Source of the DNA: Antedon mediterranea
Lineage: Eukaryota > Animalia > Echinodermata
Direction of reading: 5' to 3'
NCBI RefSeq assembly: GCF_964355755.1
Contig: NC_092678.1
Span: 20,353,365-20,417,364 of the forward strand
DNA: 64,000 bases
The translations under genes were made by a program, and so were the position numbers. Positions 13,451 to 26,675 of this stretch are shown here, piece after piece. Each line of letters starts with the position of its first letter. Positions within the stretch are counted from its first letter, which is position 1. The notes under the pieces are model-generated. The model was not told the DNA's origin. It saw nothing but the letters and a program-made list of their open reading frames with translations, and did not search any database.

Positions 13451-14206
13451 TTTAAAAAATATTTTATTTGTGTAATGATTTGATTAATTCCAGGCCTCGA
13501 ACGCAGTATATATTCTTTACAAAGGTGATTTTTGGATGTGTAAAGACCTTTATATTCTCAGAAATGTGTAGGCTAGATGTCTAGATCGTCTCCGTTTAAA
13601 GACAATCCAATTGTGCCTGGCAATATTTTGTTGTTTAAACAAACATAATATCTGGATTATAATGTATGATACCGACTGTAGAACCATGGAATATTGTTAT
13701 TTTTTATTAGTATTTAGGATATATTATACAATTGATTAGTTTTCTAACAATACAATGACGTCACTTGGTCTTTTTGATATTAGACTTTAGGAGTACACAA
13801 ACGGTGTATGCGCATTATTTAATTTGTATACTTCAATAAGGTTGTAGAATAAACATAACACGATCTAAGTCCACTTCAGCATAATGTGTACAATTTTTGT
13901 CATATTCATTCATATTTAATTTGACTGAATTTGCTGACGCTGGCGTATATTATGTTTCACGCAGGCCAACAAATCAAATTATGAAATCAATTATTTATTG
14001 CATTATATAAAAAAAAAAAACATTAATGTATACAAAACAGTGCATTTGTACAGTTTTTGGTTCATTTGTGGAATTGTACATTTAGTAAAGCATCGGTACT
14101 ATTATCTTGGAATCATCGATTGATATGTAAGCAACTTCATCTTTCTTTCTTGCTGAACATTGTTTTCTCCAGTTATGTGTACCATCAATCGGAACATTAT
14201 TTGGTC

Positions 14207-14635
14207 ATGATCTCTCTCAGAAGACTTTCCGGTAACAAAATCCTTAGCTTTGTTTATGATCTCTCTCAGAAGATATTTTCAGCAACAGAACTGTTTGCTT
14301 TGTTTATGATCTCTCTCAGAAGATATTTTCAGCAACAAAGGTGTTGCTTTGTTTATGATCTTTCTCAGAAGACATTTTCAGCAACAAAAGTGTTGCTTTG
14401 TTTATAATCTCTCTCAGAAGACCTTTTCAGCAACAAATGTGTTACTTTGTTTTATAATTTCTCTCAGAAGACATTTTCAGCAACAAAAGTGTTGCTTTGT
14501 TTATGATCTCTCTCAGAAGACCTTTTCAGCAACAAAAGCGTTGCTTTGTTTATAATCTCTCTCAGAAGACCTTTTCAGCAACAAAAGTGTTGCTTTGTTT
14601 ATGATCTCTCTCCAGAAGACTTTTTAAGCAATAAA
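14207..14635. repeat. 49-bp minisatellite, ~8-9 copies
   Basis: Unit tttgtttatgatctctctcagaagac(a/c)ttttcagcaacaaaagtgttgc. Related ~3-copy array at 25455-25590 and a single unit near 22720-22755. Confidence 0.95.
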
Positions 14636-16459
14636 ATTGGTTGCTTTATTTTACCGTACGATTTACACGTTGATGTTATAACTGTAAACACACATTTCCG
14701 TATGATCTTTGCTCAACATTGTTCTCTCCAGTTATATATATCATCAATCGGAACATTATTTGTTTTTTCTTTTTCTTGGATTGAATTAAATAACTGTTAA
14801 TATAACAATAATCATTTCCTTTTCAACCTGTTTTTTTTTTCAGCATTTGCTGAACTTTTGGCTCTCTTCTGATTTCTGTTATTGTTATTATAACAAATGG
14901 TACCAACTTGGAAAAATTGTGTATATAAAACTACGGTCAATTACAGTTTACGACCATTAAAACTGGACTTGTGTGATCTTGAATGGCACTTATTATTAAT
15001 TGAATCTTTTCTGATTTCTATTATTTTCATTATAATCAAGAGGTAAAACTTGGTACCTGTTATCTTGATTTGGACTACGGAGTCGGTATTTTCTAAATTT
15101 CTTTATTGGCTAGCTCTTTCCTGCTTTCAAATTTTTTTGCGACGTGTGTGTGGCTTCGTAAGCTTTCCAAATTAAAATATCCTCTTCTTTTGTAATTATA
15201 TCATTTTAAACATACAACATTAAAGCTATCGAACTTTTGTTTTGTATTGGCGATAAAATGAACAATTCATCTGAGGACAAAAATATAGATTGTGCACATA
15301 TAGTAATACTTACAAATGTATGGATAATGATATCATTGTGGATTATTATCAGTAATTTATTTGTTATTGCGGTAACTATCTGGAAAAAACTGTACACTAA
15401 CTTGGCAAAACGTATCCAGTTCACTTTAAGTATAACTGATTTTTTTTCTGGATTTTGTGGTAGTCTCTGGCCAATTTACAGATTTTTTCTGAAAACACAA
15501 ACATCCTATAATTTACTGGAATATTTTTTGTTGTGCCTTGTGTTCGTATCACAATTACAGTTGTGTTTATTAACAATCGAAAGATACGTAGCAATAGTGT
15601 ATCCGTTTCGTCATCATCAACTGATGACGTCACGTGTTGTAAATACTGGAATTGCAGCAACGATTGTATCAGGATTATTTATGCTCATACCGGGTGGTTT
15701 CATTACTTTTTACACTAACCCATCAGTTTCTTTCTTAATCATCGATACAATAAGGCTTATAATTCTGCTATTAATATGCGTCTTCAATGTCGTCATTTAT
15801 TTCAAAGCCAAAAAGCAACAACAGAAAATTGCCGCAATAGAGAATCTTGTGATAAAATCGAAACGAATAAGAGAGTCTATATCGTGCCTAGCTTACCTGT
15901 ATAAACCGACAATAGCCCGTGCTCTCCAGAGGGAGGGCTTAGATACGAAAGTGAAAAGTTCCTAGAACACCCCTGCATTATAATGGACCCGTCCGCAACC
16001 ACGCCCTCATGTGGGAACGTACCAACGTACCACCGTCATCATTTTCTTTCGTAACGTGAGAGCGTTACGTCGTATGATACCAAGTGTTAGGATTGTACAC
16101 TGTACATACTATACAAAGAGTTCTATTACGCTGATTACTAGTTGACTTGGCCAGGATATTGAGTGTATTCCCACGGCCTGTTGCAGTACCAGCAGTTGAT
16201 ATTGTTCATATATCGTTGATCCGTTTTAAGTCGGGGTCTTCCTTAGATATAAGGAAGATTAAAAAGGAGAAAACAACACCCACTTCGTTGGATTTTAGGC
16301 CGGAACGGCCACGCTACCGGAAGACAAAGGAAAGCAATTTGCATTGCCACCTGGACTGCCTCAGCTGAGGCGTGGACGCACTGTTGCGTGAAACAACAAC
16401 AAAGCCGTCGTCAGGTTGTATTGTTCTTTATCTTGCTAGGTTGCGTTCTGTGCCCGGAT

Positions 16460-17882
16460 ATGCCTAAGTCTGAATGTTGGCAATGCAGGGGCCAGCGTGC
16501 GACAGTCAAGTGGGACCGCCACTTGCTGTGCATTCACTGCCGCACCTGTAGCCAGGAGTCGCCGTGCGACGTTTTTTGTACGTTGGACGGCTTCGCGGTT
16601 CCGGACGTCCGTTGGGGCGTGCGCGGGTGGTAGACCCCGCACCCGTGGAGGTTCAGGTGGAGCCCCCGGCCCCGCTAGTAGAGGAGACCGCGCGCTTGCA
16701 ACGGCCGCTGCGCCTCCACCGCAGAGTGGTACGCAGGACGATGGTTTGTTCCCACCCGTACTGGAGGCCATCGCAGCAGCGGTGCGAGCTCTACCGAGGG
16801 AGGTTGTGCCCTCGGCATCCTCGCCTAATTATCCTCCTGTGCCAGTTCTGCCTCCGCAGTACTTTCAAGGTCGAGGGACGCACCCATCGCCGGATGTCGG
16901 TGGGTACGACAGTTACAGGACCATGACCTCGCTGCCTAGTGAGGATCGCTCCGAGGTTGCACAGGGTGGAGACGGTTTGCAGGCTCTTGTCAATCGTGTG
17001 GTTCCTGCTGTACTTTCGTACATTTGAGTAGAGTACGCCTATGACGCGCCGACGCCCGCGCCGGCTTCGAAGAGGTACTCTACCTTTGGAGTGCGTGCTC
17101 CATTGAAGCGGGTCACGACTTGTCCAGTTGCGCCGCTGGATCCCGAACTTGTCGCTAGGGTAGAGGCTATAGCGAAGGAGCCTAAAACCCGTAGAGCTGC
17201 ATCTCAAGATCTCGCAGCAGCCTTCCCGCTTCCGCAGGACCAGTTTTCAACGCTATATATCGGCACCACCGATCCCGGATGCAGCGAAAGAAGCGTGCGC
17301 GCGAGGATCAAGGTCTCGACGCCAACGGCAGATTTCTGTCTCCTTCGGCCGCCAGAACTGAGGAGGCGCTAATCGCGGTCGACCGTGGCGCACGCGAGAC
17401 GTTACGAACGGTCTCGATGTCGGGCTACCTTCTGTCATTCCTCGCGGATCCGGACCATCCACGGCACCTTGACGCGGACGTGATCTGCTTGCTTCAGCAG
17501 TTTACGGGCCTGGTCGCGGACCAACAAGTGACAATTTCAATGACCTCGGCCGCCGTGCGGAGGGTCAATTGACCGCTTCACAACTAGCGAGTCGTTCGGT
17601 GCTGTGGATCTCTTCTACGGTAATTTCGCCGAGAAGAAAAATAAGTGGGCTCGCGAGCGAGAGGCACGTCGCGAGATGAGATCACGCAAAACGCCTCCAG
17701 CCCCACTGCCGGTGGTGCCATCGATCTCACATCCGCCGCCGTCGGTCCGTAATCAGTCTGAGGTTGGGCAGACTCCTGGGCCGTCGCGACCCCGTAATTC
17801 CCGCCCCGCGCGTGGCGGTAAGCCGGGTAGGGGAGCACGTCGGGACCGCGGTTCGCGACGTGGTGACCGCAGGTGCCGGTAA
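16460..17882 (+). pseudogene. DIRS gag-like ORF1 (frameshifted)
   Basis: Cys/His-rich N-terminus MPKSECWQC...HLLCIHCRTCSQESPCDVFC and a basic Arg/Gly-rich C-terminus. Split over several frames. Confidence 0.65.
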
Positions 17883-17884
17883 CG

Positions 17885-19800
17885 TGCAGGCGAGGTCCGT
17901 GCCGTCCGGGGCCGGACCAGTGGGAGGTCGTCTCCTACGGTTTGTCCGAGAGTGGGAGTAGCTGATGGTAGACAGCTGGATTTTCTCCACACTTAGCTAC
18001 GGCTACCGCATAGAATTTACGAGCCCTCCAGTGTGTGGAGGTCCTCGTCCGACCACAATCCCCAAAGATCCAATAAAGCAACGAGTGCTTATGGACGGGA
18101 TTGCCGCGCTGCTCCAAAAAGGAGCCGTAGTAAGGGTCGAAGAACATCATGCGGGCTCGGGCCACGAATCAACCGTATTCTTAACCAAGAAGTCCTCGGT
18201 GGACTGGCGACCAATTATAAATCTAAGACGTCTGAACAAACGATTTATTCGGCCCCGCAGGTTTCGGATGGAGACAGTCTCATCGATCCTGTTAGGGCTA
18301 AGACGAGGAGACTGGGCCGCATCGACAGATTTAAAAGATGTGTACTTTCACGTACCAATCGCAAAAGAAGACCAACGTTGGTTGCGGTTTCGAATCAACA
18401 ATTGTCTTCACCAGTTCGTCGCGATGTCGTTCGGCCTATCAACGGCTCCGCGCGTGTTCACGCGCACAGTTCGAGCGCTCGGTGCGTTCTTTCACAAGCA
18501 CGGCATTCGCATATTCATGTATCTAGACGACTGGTTAATCGTGGCTCAGTCCAAGGACCGGCTGGTGAGCAGTCTCAATTGTGTCCTTCTCGTAACGGAA
18601 CGCGTAGGGTTCATAGTGAACCGGGAAAAGTCGTGCCTGGTGCCGACTCAGCATCCCATGTATCTCGGAGCGCAGATAGATCTCGTGTCGGGCAGAGTGT
18701 GCCCCTCACAGAAACGAGTAACCTAAGCCCTTGCTGCTATACAAGGCCTGATTACCGCTTCCGCTCCGACAGCATACGACTGGCTGAGAACGCTAGGTTT
18801 CCTAGCCAGCTTTGTAGTTCTAGTTCCGTTTTGTCGGCTACGGATGCAGCCGCTGTAGTTCATCTGTTAGCCTTCTACCGGCCAGGTTCAGACTCATTAG
18901 ACAAGTGGTCCCGATGTCGGCGTTCATTGTAACGCACCTCCAATGGTGGCTAACGGACGGCCGATTGTTAGTGGGCAGATCAATTCAGAGATCAATTCCG
19001 GACACCCGAATAGAAACGGACGCGTCCGAAGCGGGTTGGGGCGGTTGCTCCTCCAGAGTCACGTCTCCGGCGTTTGGAGTGCCGAGGAGGCGTTAGCCCA
19101 CATCAATCTCTTAGAACTTTGGGCAGTAGACCGAACGTTGAAAGCGCTACTTCCAAACATAAAAAATTCACACGTCCATGTCTGCTCGGACAACACAACC
19201 GTGGTCGCGTACATCAACCGACAAGGAGGCACGGAGTCTCCGACTCTTTGCTACCACACATGGACGCTCATGCACTGGTGCATCGCGCACAGAATAACGC
19301 TGACTGCATCGCATATTCCGGGCAGCCAGAATGAGTCGCGGACACGCTGTCCCGACTCGCTTTACGCCCGACCGAATGGCGTCTGTTGCCGAGCATAGCC
19401 ACTCAAATATTCGACCACTTCGGACGGCCGCACATAGATAGACCTGTTTGCGACGTCAGAGAACACGCAGCTCCCGACATTCTGCAGTCGATTCCGGGAT
19501 GCACGTGCGTGGGCGGTGGATGCCCTGTCCATGTCATGGGACGGTTTATGGGCGTACGCGTTCCCGCCGATATCGATCATACCAATAGTTCTGACTCGCA
19601 TTCAGCGCTTCCGATGCCGAGTTCTGTTGATCGCACCGTTCTGGCCTCGTCAAGCGTGGTATCCGCTTCTTGCCAGTCTTCTTTACGATCACCCGCTGCG
19701 TCTTCCGGTCCGCGCGGATCTACTGACGCAAAATCGTGCGAGGTTCTCGACGATCAACCTACAATCCCTGAACCTGACTGTTTGGCCATGGTCAGGGATC
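17885..19800 (+). pseudogene. DIRS pol: reverse transcriptase, RNase H and methyltransferase-like domain (frameshifts and stops)
   Basis: WRPIINLRRLN, DLKDVYFHVPI, FGLSTAPRVFT, YLDDWL; ETDASEAGWG, HINLLELWAV, SDNTTVVAYINRQGGT; DALSMSW...AYAFPP. Confidence 0.9.
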
Positions 19801-20640
19801 AGCTCAGAGACTCGGGCATATCATCTGGAAGAGAGTCGACTCTCACTGTCTACAACAGCCGTCTACGACACTTCTTTCGCTGGTGCGGACAAGATAACAT
19901 AGACCATAAGGCGATATCCTTGGGTCAGATCTGCGCTTTTCTGCATTACCTGTACGAATCAGGCTTGCAAGTGCGCACGGTGTCAGGCTACCGGTCAGCG
20001 ATTGCGGCCATTACGCCGCCATTCAAGGATGGCTCGACGGTTTTCAACTTCCGCAGTAATCACGCAGTTGTTACGCGGTATGTTCAGAGAGCGACCTCCG
20101 TCTAAGGTCTTAGTTCCACGTTGGGACGTTAACGTCATTCTATCCGCACTCACTCGCCCGCCATTTGAGCCAATGAGCAAGGCTTCATTATATAATCTCT
20201 CGCTTAAGACAGCGTTTCTGGTGGCGTTGTCCTCATGTAAACGCTGAGGCGAGCTACATGCGCTCACGCTAGAGCCAGGCCATATACGATTTGAGCATGG
20301 TGGAGTCCGGTTATTATTCAGGAAGGACTTACTGGCCAAGTCCCAGACGTTAAATTTTTCGCCGGCTGTGTTCGTTCCATCAATGTCCGCATTCTCGGGG
20401 GTAGTAGAGGACACATCCTGGTGCCCGGTAAGAGCACTCAAATTCTACATCCACCGTACAGAGACGTTGCGAGAGGGTATATCTCACTTATTCGTCACAT
20501 CGGTGCCCCCGTATCGGCCGGCCGCAAAATCCACGATTGCAACTGGGTCGTGGCAGCGACTCGGGCCGCTTATGAATCGTCCAGCACTTCGCGTTGTACG
20601 CTGGCGGTTCTATATCAGACATTATGACAGCGGCATGGTG
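19790..20640 (+). pseudogene. DIRS tyrosine recombinase (decayed)
   Basis: STLTVYNSRLRHFFRW, TVSGYRSAI, PRWDVNVIL, LKTAFLVALSSCKR*GELHAL, CPVRALKFY. Stop at 20245-20247; the C-terminal HxxR/Tyr region is not recognisable. Confidence 0.85.
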
Positions 20641-23249
20641 GCGGACACAGTCTACGTTTACTGGGCATTATTTAAGGGACATTTCTGCAACCATGGCGCC
20701 AGTAGCAGCAGCGGTGCTAAAGCCTAGGTTATAGGTATGTACACCTCGCTTGCTCTGCTCTTTGTTAACTTACTCCCACCGCCGACTAGTTCTAGTCCGG
20801 TGCTAATCTGGCTATTGTCGGTTTATACAGGTAAGCTAGGCACGATATAGACTACACAAACCAGTAGTGGTGTTAGTAGTCTATGAGTGCTAGCTTACCT
20901 GTATAAACTCCCTCCCGCCGTCCCCGCAGTCAAGTACGCGGAAAATGATGACGGTGGTACGTTGGTACGTTCCCACATGAGGGCGTGGTTGCGGACGGGT
21001 CCATTATAATGCAGGGGTGTTCTAGGAACTTTTCACTTTCGTATCTAAGCCCTCCCTCTGGAGAGCACGGGCTATTGTCGGTTTATACAGGTAAGCTAGC
21101 ACTCATAGACTACTAACACCACTACTGGTTTGTGTATTTCAGAGCTACGAAAACAACTCTGATCGTCGTCGGCACATATTTTATATGTATTTTCCCATTT
21201 TTGATATATTTTTGGTTTAACTCTCTATTGGAAGTCATCTATGGTGAAACTATGCGCGATAGCACAGTATTACTATTTTTATTTGCAGTTACGTATTTAA
21301 ACTCCGGTATGAATCCTATCGTGTATTCGTTTAGGAATGAGCAATTTATTAACTTTGTTCGTTCTCTGTTTAATTAATTTTAAAGACGTTTAATTAATTG
21401 TAAAGGCAAAGAATGGATTTCCACTGGAAATTCAATAAGAACAAACAGGAAGCAATTTTGTAAAATTTAAATCAATCCACATAGTGTAAAGAGAGTAAGT
21501 ATTCTATTTTCCGTTAAGCACTTTTACTGGCTATGTGCGCTATATAAATTGTTAGACTGTCGTAATTAGTATATGAAACACTCACAATTCTAGAGAAAAT
21601 TTTGAAGAAAGATAAACTAATAATGCGCCTCGGAGCAAAATAAATGTTCGCTTTTTGTGCAGTAGTAATTCATTACAGAGCTTGTCTTAACTACTATTAC
21701 TGTATAAATAGATACAGATAGATTTTGAGTCAATTGGCCAATCGAAAATCAGTAAAGCGTTTAGATGGAGGAGACTGATCGTTTCGCAACTAGAGGTAAA
21801 CCCTTTCATCTGGCCGAGCTCAGCGTCCTGTTGCTAGATTGCCTTGTGTTAAGGCGGCAATCAGTCTCAACAACAAACTGCAATGATATCCATGATGGAA
21901 AGTTACCTTAGAAAACTACGCAACATTCGTGGATCGATGATCCTATATTAATTAAACTCTACAAATTGAATTTAAAATGTACTGGATAATAAACCGTAGG
22001 TAGGCCTACATCCGTCTGGACAAGAGAACCTAGAACATCTTTCGAGACGAGTAGGAGCCGGTGGAGGGGGGGGGGGGTGTTCCACGGTGTACTAGCTCAC
22101 ACATCCACTATCGTGGACAGTCGGATTAGCGCTAGACAGCACTGATTGATATTTAGGGTTAAGAGAGAAGCATGTAGCTGAAAAGTGTAAAATGGAAGTT
22201 CAAAGCGCCATGAGCGATGACCATTTGAAAATATTTTCTACAAATTAAATGAATTTGTCTTCTAATAAATTGAATGAAATTTGAAATAAAACATTTCGGC
22301 CTTCATGTGAAATCTTCAATGTCAGCAAATGTGTCTCGTCCTCCTCTCCTCAGTCACCGCACGCCTCTCGTTTTACTACATGACGCTTTCCACTATTTTG
22401 TTTTTCCATTTTCCTCTGTTATATAGGCTGAGTGGTTTTATGTTTTGTCTATTCAATGGCCTACAATTTCATTATTGCAATATATTGAATTAATGTTAAA
22501 TTGACTAAAATTGATTGAATTTGCTTACAATAACAAAGATTAAATTTCATGCATACATTTCAAATGTAATGGTTGTATTTATTGAATTGCAGAATACCAT
22601 AAATGTAGGCCAATATAAAACAGAACTTTCTAAAGTTCCAGTATCATTTCTTATACTGCCCTCTTTGCTGAACACTGTTCTCTCCAGTTTTTTCTGCCGT
22701 CAATCAGTCTATTTGTGGACAAGAAAACTTTTCAGCAACAGAACTGTTTGATTTGTTTATCCATAATTTGTTTATCCGTAATTTCTCTGCTCTCTGGTTT
22801 ATCGTACAATTGAATACTTGCATTTTACTGAGGAAATTTATTTAAAAATCGTTTCTATTTATCTTAAACGGGAGTTAGTCAATGATTTCTGAACTTCTTC
22901 ATTTGCTCTTCCCGGCTTCATGTTATTTAAATTGGATTGAATTAAATACGGTAACTGTTAATATTAATATAACAGTCGTCAATTCTCTTTCTATTGGACA
23001 TTTTATATAAGAAATCTTACGATCAGTAAAGCTGGCTATTGTGAACTAGAAGGAAGCTTCATTTGCTTCATTCTGCTTTCTTCTTTTACTTGAATTGAAT
23101 GAAATAACTGTTGATGTAACACTCGTCATTTACTGTTTACGACCAATTAAAGTTGTACTTCTGTCATCTTCCTTCCTATGCAATTATACAAAATCAACGT
23201 ACCGCATTAAACTATAGAACATTGTTATATTGTTATTTACGATAGTAAG

Positions 23250-24107
23250 ATGAATAACACCAACTTGGACGAAATACTAGATGTTAATCATTTAATAATA
23301 CTCGCAAGTATAAATCTTGTGATATCACTGTGGATAATTGTCAGTAATTCATTCGTTATCACGGTCACTATTTGGAAAAAGCTTTACACTAACTTGGCAA
23401 AACGTATCCAGCTCAGTTTAAGTATAGTTGACCTAGTGTCTGGATTTGTTGGTAGTGTGTTGTCTATAGATGTATTTTTTCTGAGAACAACAATATCCCA
23501 AATTGTACTGGAATATACGTTAGTGTGTCTGGTGTTCGCATCACAGCTAATGTTGTGTTTATTAACACTTGAAAGATACGTAGCAATAGTCTATCCGTTT
23601 CGTCACCATAAACTGATGACGTCACGTGTTGTTAATACTGGAATTGCAGCAACGATTGTAGTTCTGCTTATACCTGGTGGTTTCATTACTTTTTCCACTG
23701 ACTCGTTAGTTTCCTTCTTTGTCATCGATGGAATACGCCTAATAATTTTGTTTCTTACGTGCATCTTCAATATTATCATTTATTTTAAAGCAAAAAAGCA
23801 ACAACGGAAAATTGCCGCAATAGAGAATCTTGTGATCAAATCAAAACGCATAAGAGACTTCAGAGCTACAAAAACCACTCTGATTGTGGTCGGCATATAT
23901 TTTATATGTATTTTCCCATTTTTGATATATGTTTGGTCTAACTATCTATTGGCGGTCATCTATGGCGAAAACGTGCTTGATAACATGTTATTCCAATATT
24001 TATTTTTAGTTACTTATTTAAACTCTGGTATGAATCCTATCGTATATTCGTTCAGGAATGATAAATTTATTAAATATTTTCGAGCTTTCATTCATTCAGG
24101 ACCATAA
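23250..24107 (+). CDS. Class A (rhodopsin-like) GPCR, odorant-receptor-like, 285 aa (subfamily A)
   Basis: Seven hydrophobic segments; SLSIVD, ERYVAIVYPF, RATKT, CIFP and NSGMNPIVYSFRN motifs. Confidence 0.92.
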   Translation: MNNTNLDEILDVNHLIILASINLVISLWIIVSNSFVITVTIWKKLYTNLAKRIQLSLSIVDLVSGFVGSVLSIDVFFLRTTISQIVLEYTLVCLVFASQLMLCLLTLERYVAIVYPFRHHKLMTSRVVNTGIAATIVVLLIPGGFITFSTDSLVSFFVIDGIRLIILFLTCIFNIIIYFKAKKQQRKIAAIENLVIKSKRIRDFRATKTTLIVVGIYFICIFPFLIYVWSNYLLAVIYGENVLDNMLFQYLFLVTYLNSGMNPIVYSFRNDKFIKYFRAFIHSGP

Positions 24108-24954
24108 CGCTCTCTGAATGAAGATTTATAGCATAAGTTTTATATTGTGTTAATCTTTATTAATCATAATATTGGGATTCGGCATGCGGCAGCATGTGAA
24201 GCGCACGTGTAAAAGTAGGCCTACCTCAGCAATACTAAAAAAAAAATATGTAAATGTAAATACTCAAGGTATTAAACTTAAACCTGTAAGGAAGCATTTT
24301 CAGTAGGCCTAATACAACTTTTGTGTTTAAAGAACAATGTACCACATTGAACATTAAGACATTTGCCCTTTTTATGACGACCAGAGTAGCAGTAACATTT
24401 TTACATAATCTAGACTAGCTCTTCTTCTAGGCTTATAGGTCAGAACCATTAAACAGTTGTGACTTAAACTGTTACGCTGTGCTAAAATCCTTGAAATAAC
24501 TCAATATTTATAGGCTAGAATCGTCGAGAAACCAACTGCAGTCACAGATCCTACAAACATTTCGTCCAAACGCCAAAAAGATAATTATATGGATTCAATT
24601 TTGGTCAATGTTTTTATGAACTAAATTTCTATACTGAGCGAGTTGATGCATTGTAAACACTGTGGCAAGCTATTTTACAGGATTTTCCTTGTCCATAGCT
24701 GGATAATTCATCACATTTTATATTGGCATATAATTTTGTTTTACCAATTGTCGATACTGTTCGTTTAATGGTTTAATAATAGTCCGCCAGAATGGCGAGA
24801 TGTTTTGAGGTAAATCGGGTGTGTTTGTTCCTTTCTATATTTATTTGTTAGCAGGATTACTCAAAAAATTATTTCCCGATTTTCATAAGATTATAAAGGA
24901 TGGTTTATAGTGGTATGGGAACACGTGATTCAATATGCCTGGGCGGGGTTTGCG

Positions 24955-25075
24955 TTCATATAGTTTATTCTGAAGCTAAAAAGCAACAAAGAAAGATCGA
25001 CGCAATAGAGAATAGTGTCATCCGAGCATTACCAAACTACGAAAACAACTCTGATAAATCTCGGTACTTATTATA
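24955..25075 (+). pseudogene. Short GPCR remnant (ICL3/TM6)
   Basis: VYSEAKKQQRKIDAIENSVIR, followed by an out-of-frame actacgaaaacaactctgat matching (A)TKTTLI. Confidence 0.7.
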
Positions 25076-25454
25076 TTGTTTTGTTTTATAGTTCAATAAA
25101 GTTGGAATATGTAGGCTAAAAATAATGTAATCCGAGTCAACTTTAGCATATTTGTACAATTTATTCATATTCATTCATATCCAATTGTATTGAATTTACT
25201 GACGCTGACGAAGATTATGTTTCATGCGGGCCTGCAAATCAAGTATCAAATTGTTAATTTATTGAATTACAAAAACACATTAATGTATATAAAAGATTTA
25301 AAGTTCTAGGTTAATTTGTTAAATTGTTCTTTTACTAAAGCATGTATAATTCTGGAAATTATTGATTGATAAACACATCACTTGTCTTTATGTTTTTTGC
25401 TGCTGAACACTGTTCTCTCCAGTTCTTTATACCATCGTACGATAAATTTGGTAA

Positions 25455-25590
25455 TAATCTCTCAGAAGACCTTTTCAGCAACACAATTGTTTGTTTTGTT
25501 TTCGATTTCTCTCAGAAGACTTTTTCAGCAACAACATTGTTTTGCTTTGTTTTCGATTTCTCTCAGAAGACTATTTTCAGCAACAAACTT
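25455..25590. repeat. ~50-bp minisatellite (~3 copies) related to 14207-14635
   Basis: Repeated ctctcagaagac..ttttcagcaac units. Confidence 0.85.
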
Positions 25591-25808
25591 TGTTACCGTC
25601 TTTTCCATTAAAACTGGACTATTGTGATTTTGAACCGGATTCTCGTCAGCAATTTCCTGAATTTCTTCATTTTCTATATCCTGCATTTTATAATTGTGCG
25701 CTGTAAGCTTTCTAAATTAAATTATTTTCTTCTTGTAGGCCTAATTTACCCTTTCTAAACATATCGCATTAATTATTGTCAAACTTTGTTTTGTTTTGGC
25801 AATAAAAA

Positions 25809-26675
25809 ATGAACAATAATTCTGAAGACACAAATATAGATTTTGCGCATAAAGTATTACTTACAAGTGTATGGACAATTATATCATTGTGGATAATAGT
25901 CAGTAATTCATTCGTTATTGCGGTCACTATTTGGAAAAAACTGTTCACTAACTTGGCAAAACGTATCCAGTTCAGTTTAAGTATAACTGATTTTATTTCT
26001 GGATTTGTTGGTAGTCTGTGGCCAATTTACAGATTTTTTCTGAAAACACCAACATCGAAAAATGTACTGGAATATTTGTTGTTGTGCCTTGTGTTCGTAT
26101 CACAATTACAGTTGTTTTTATTAACAATCGAAAGATACGTAGCAATAGTGTATCCGTTTCGTCATCATCAACTGATGACGTCACGTGTTGTAAGTACTGG
26201 AATTGCAGCAACGATTGTATCAGGATTATTTATGCTCATACCTGGTGGTTTCATTACTTTTTACACTGACCCATCAGTTTCTTTCTTATTCATCGATACA
26301 ATAAGGCTTATAATTCTGCTGTTAACATGCGTCTTTAATGTTATCATATATTTCAAAGCAAAAAAGCAACAACAGAAAATTACCGCAATAGAGAATATGG
26401 TGATCAAATCGAAACGCATAAGCGATTTCAGAGCTACAAAAACCACACTGATCGTCGTCGGAACATATTTTATATGTATTTTCCCATTTTTGATATATTT
26501 TTGGTTTAACTCTCTATTGGAAGTCATCTATGGTGAAATTTTTTTTCGCGATAGCACAGTATTACTTTTTTTATTTGCAGTTACGTATTTAAACTCTGGT
26601 ATGAATCCTATCGTGTATTCGTTTAGGAATGAGCAATTTATTAACTTTGTTCGTTCTCTATTGAATAAACATTAG
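25809..26675 (+). CDS. Class A GPCR, 288 aa (subfamily A)
   Basis: Intact 7TM ORF with ERYVAIVYPF and NSGMNPIVYSFRN. Confidence 0.92.
   Translation: MNNNSEDTNIDFAHKVLLTSVWTIISLWIIVSNSFVIAVTIWKKLFTNLAKRIQFSLSITDFISGFVGSLWPIYRFFLKTPTSKNVLEYLLLCLVFVSQLQLFLLTIERYVAIVYPFRHHQLMTSRVVSTGIAATIVSGLFMLIPGGFITFYTDPSVSFLFIDTIRLIILLLTCVFNVIIYFKAKKQQQKITAIENMVIKSKRISDFRATKTTLIVVGTYFICIFPFLIYFWFNSLLEVIYGEIFFRDSTVLLFLFAVTYLNSGMNPIVYSFRNEQFINFVRSLLNKH

Larger units (their letters stand above)
15875..21135 (+). mobile_element. DIRS1-type tyrosine-recombinase retrotransposon (structurally complete, ORFs decayed)
   Basis: GC-rich island with identical 159-bp inverted terminal repeats (15888-16046 / 20941-21099). 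An internal complementary region at ~20811-20908 matches both termini. Gag, RT, RNase H, methyltransferase-like and YR motifs are present. Confidence 0.95.
15258..21377 (+). pseudogene. Class A GPCR (paralog of 25809) split by a DIRS insertion; coding halves 15258-15874 and 21137-21377
   Basis: The 5' half ends KSKRIR and the 3' half resumes FRATKT...NSGMNPIVYSFRN. Removing the element restores ATA AGA GAT TTC AGA (IRDFR), as in 23250. Confidence 0.92.

Noticed and set aside
14207-14635. CRISPR-like appearance of regular repeats, and ORFs 14057-14800
   Set aside because: The units are contiguous with no unique spacers, there are no cas genes and the context is eukaryotic. The ORFs are translations of the minisatellite.
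15237-15965. 242-aa ORF as a complete gene
   Set aside because: Its C-terminus is read-through into the DIRS terminal repeat. The homologous start is 15258.
16100-20800. GC-rich island as bacterial contamination or horizontal transfer
   Set aside because: Fully explained by the DIRS element, whose termini join host coding sequence precisely.
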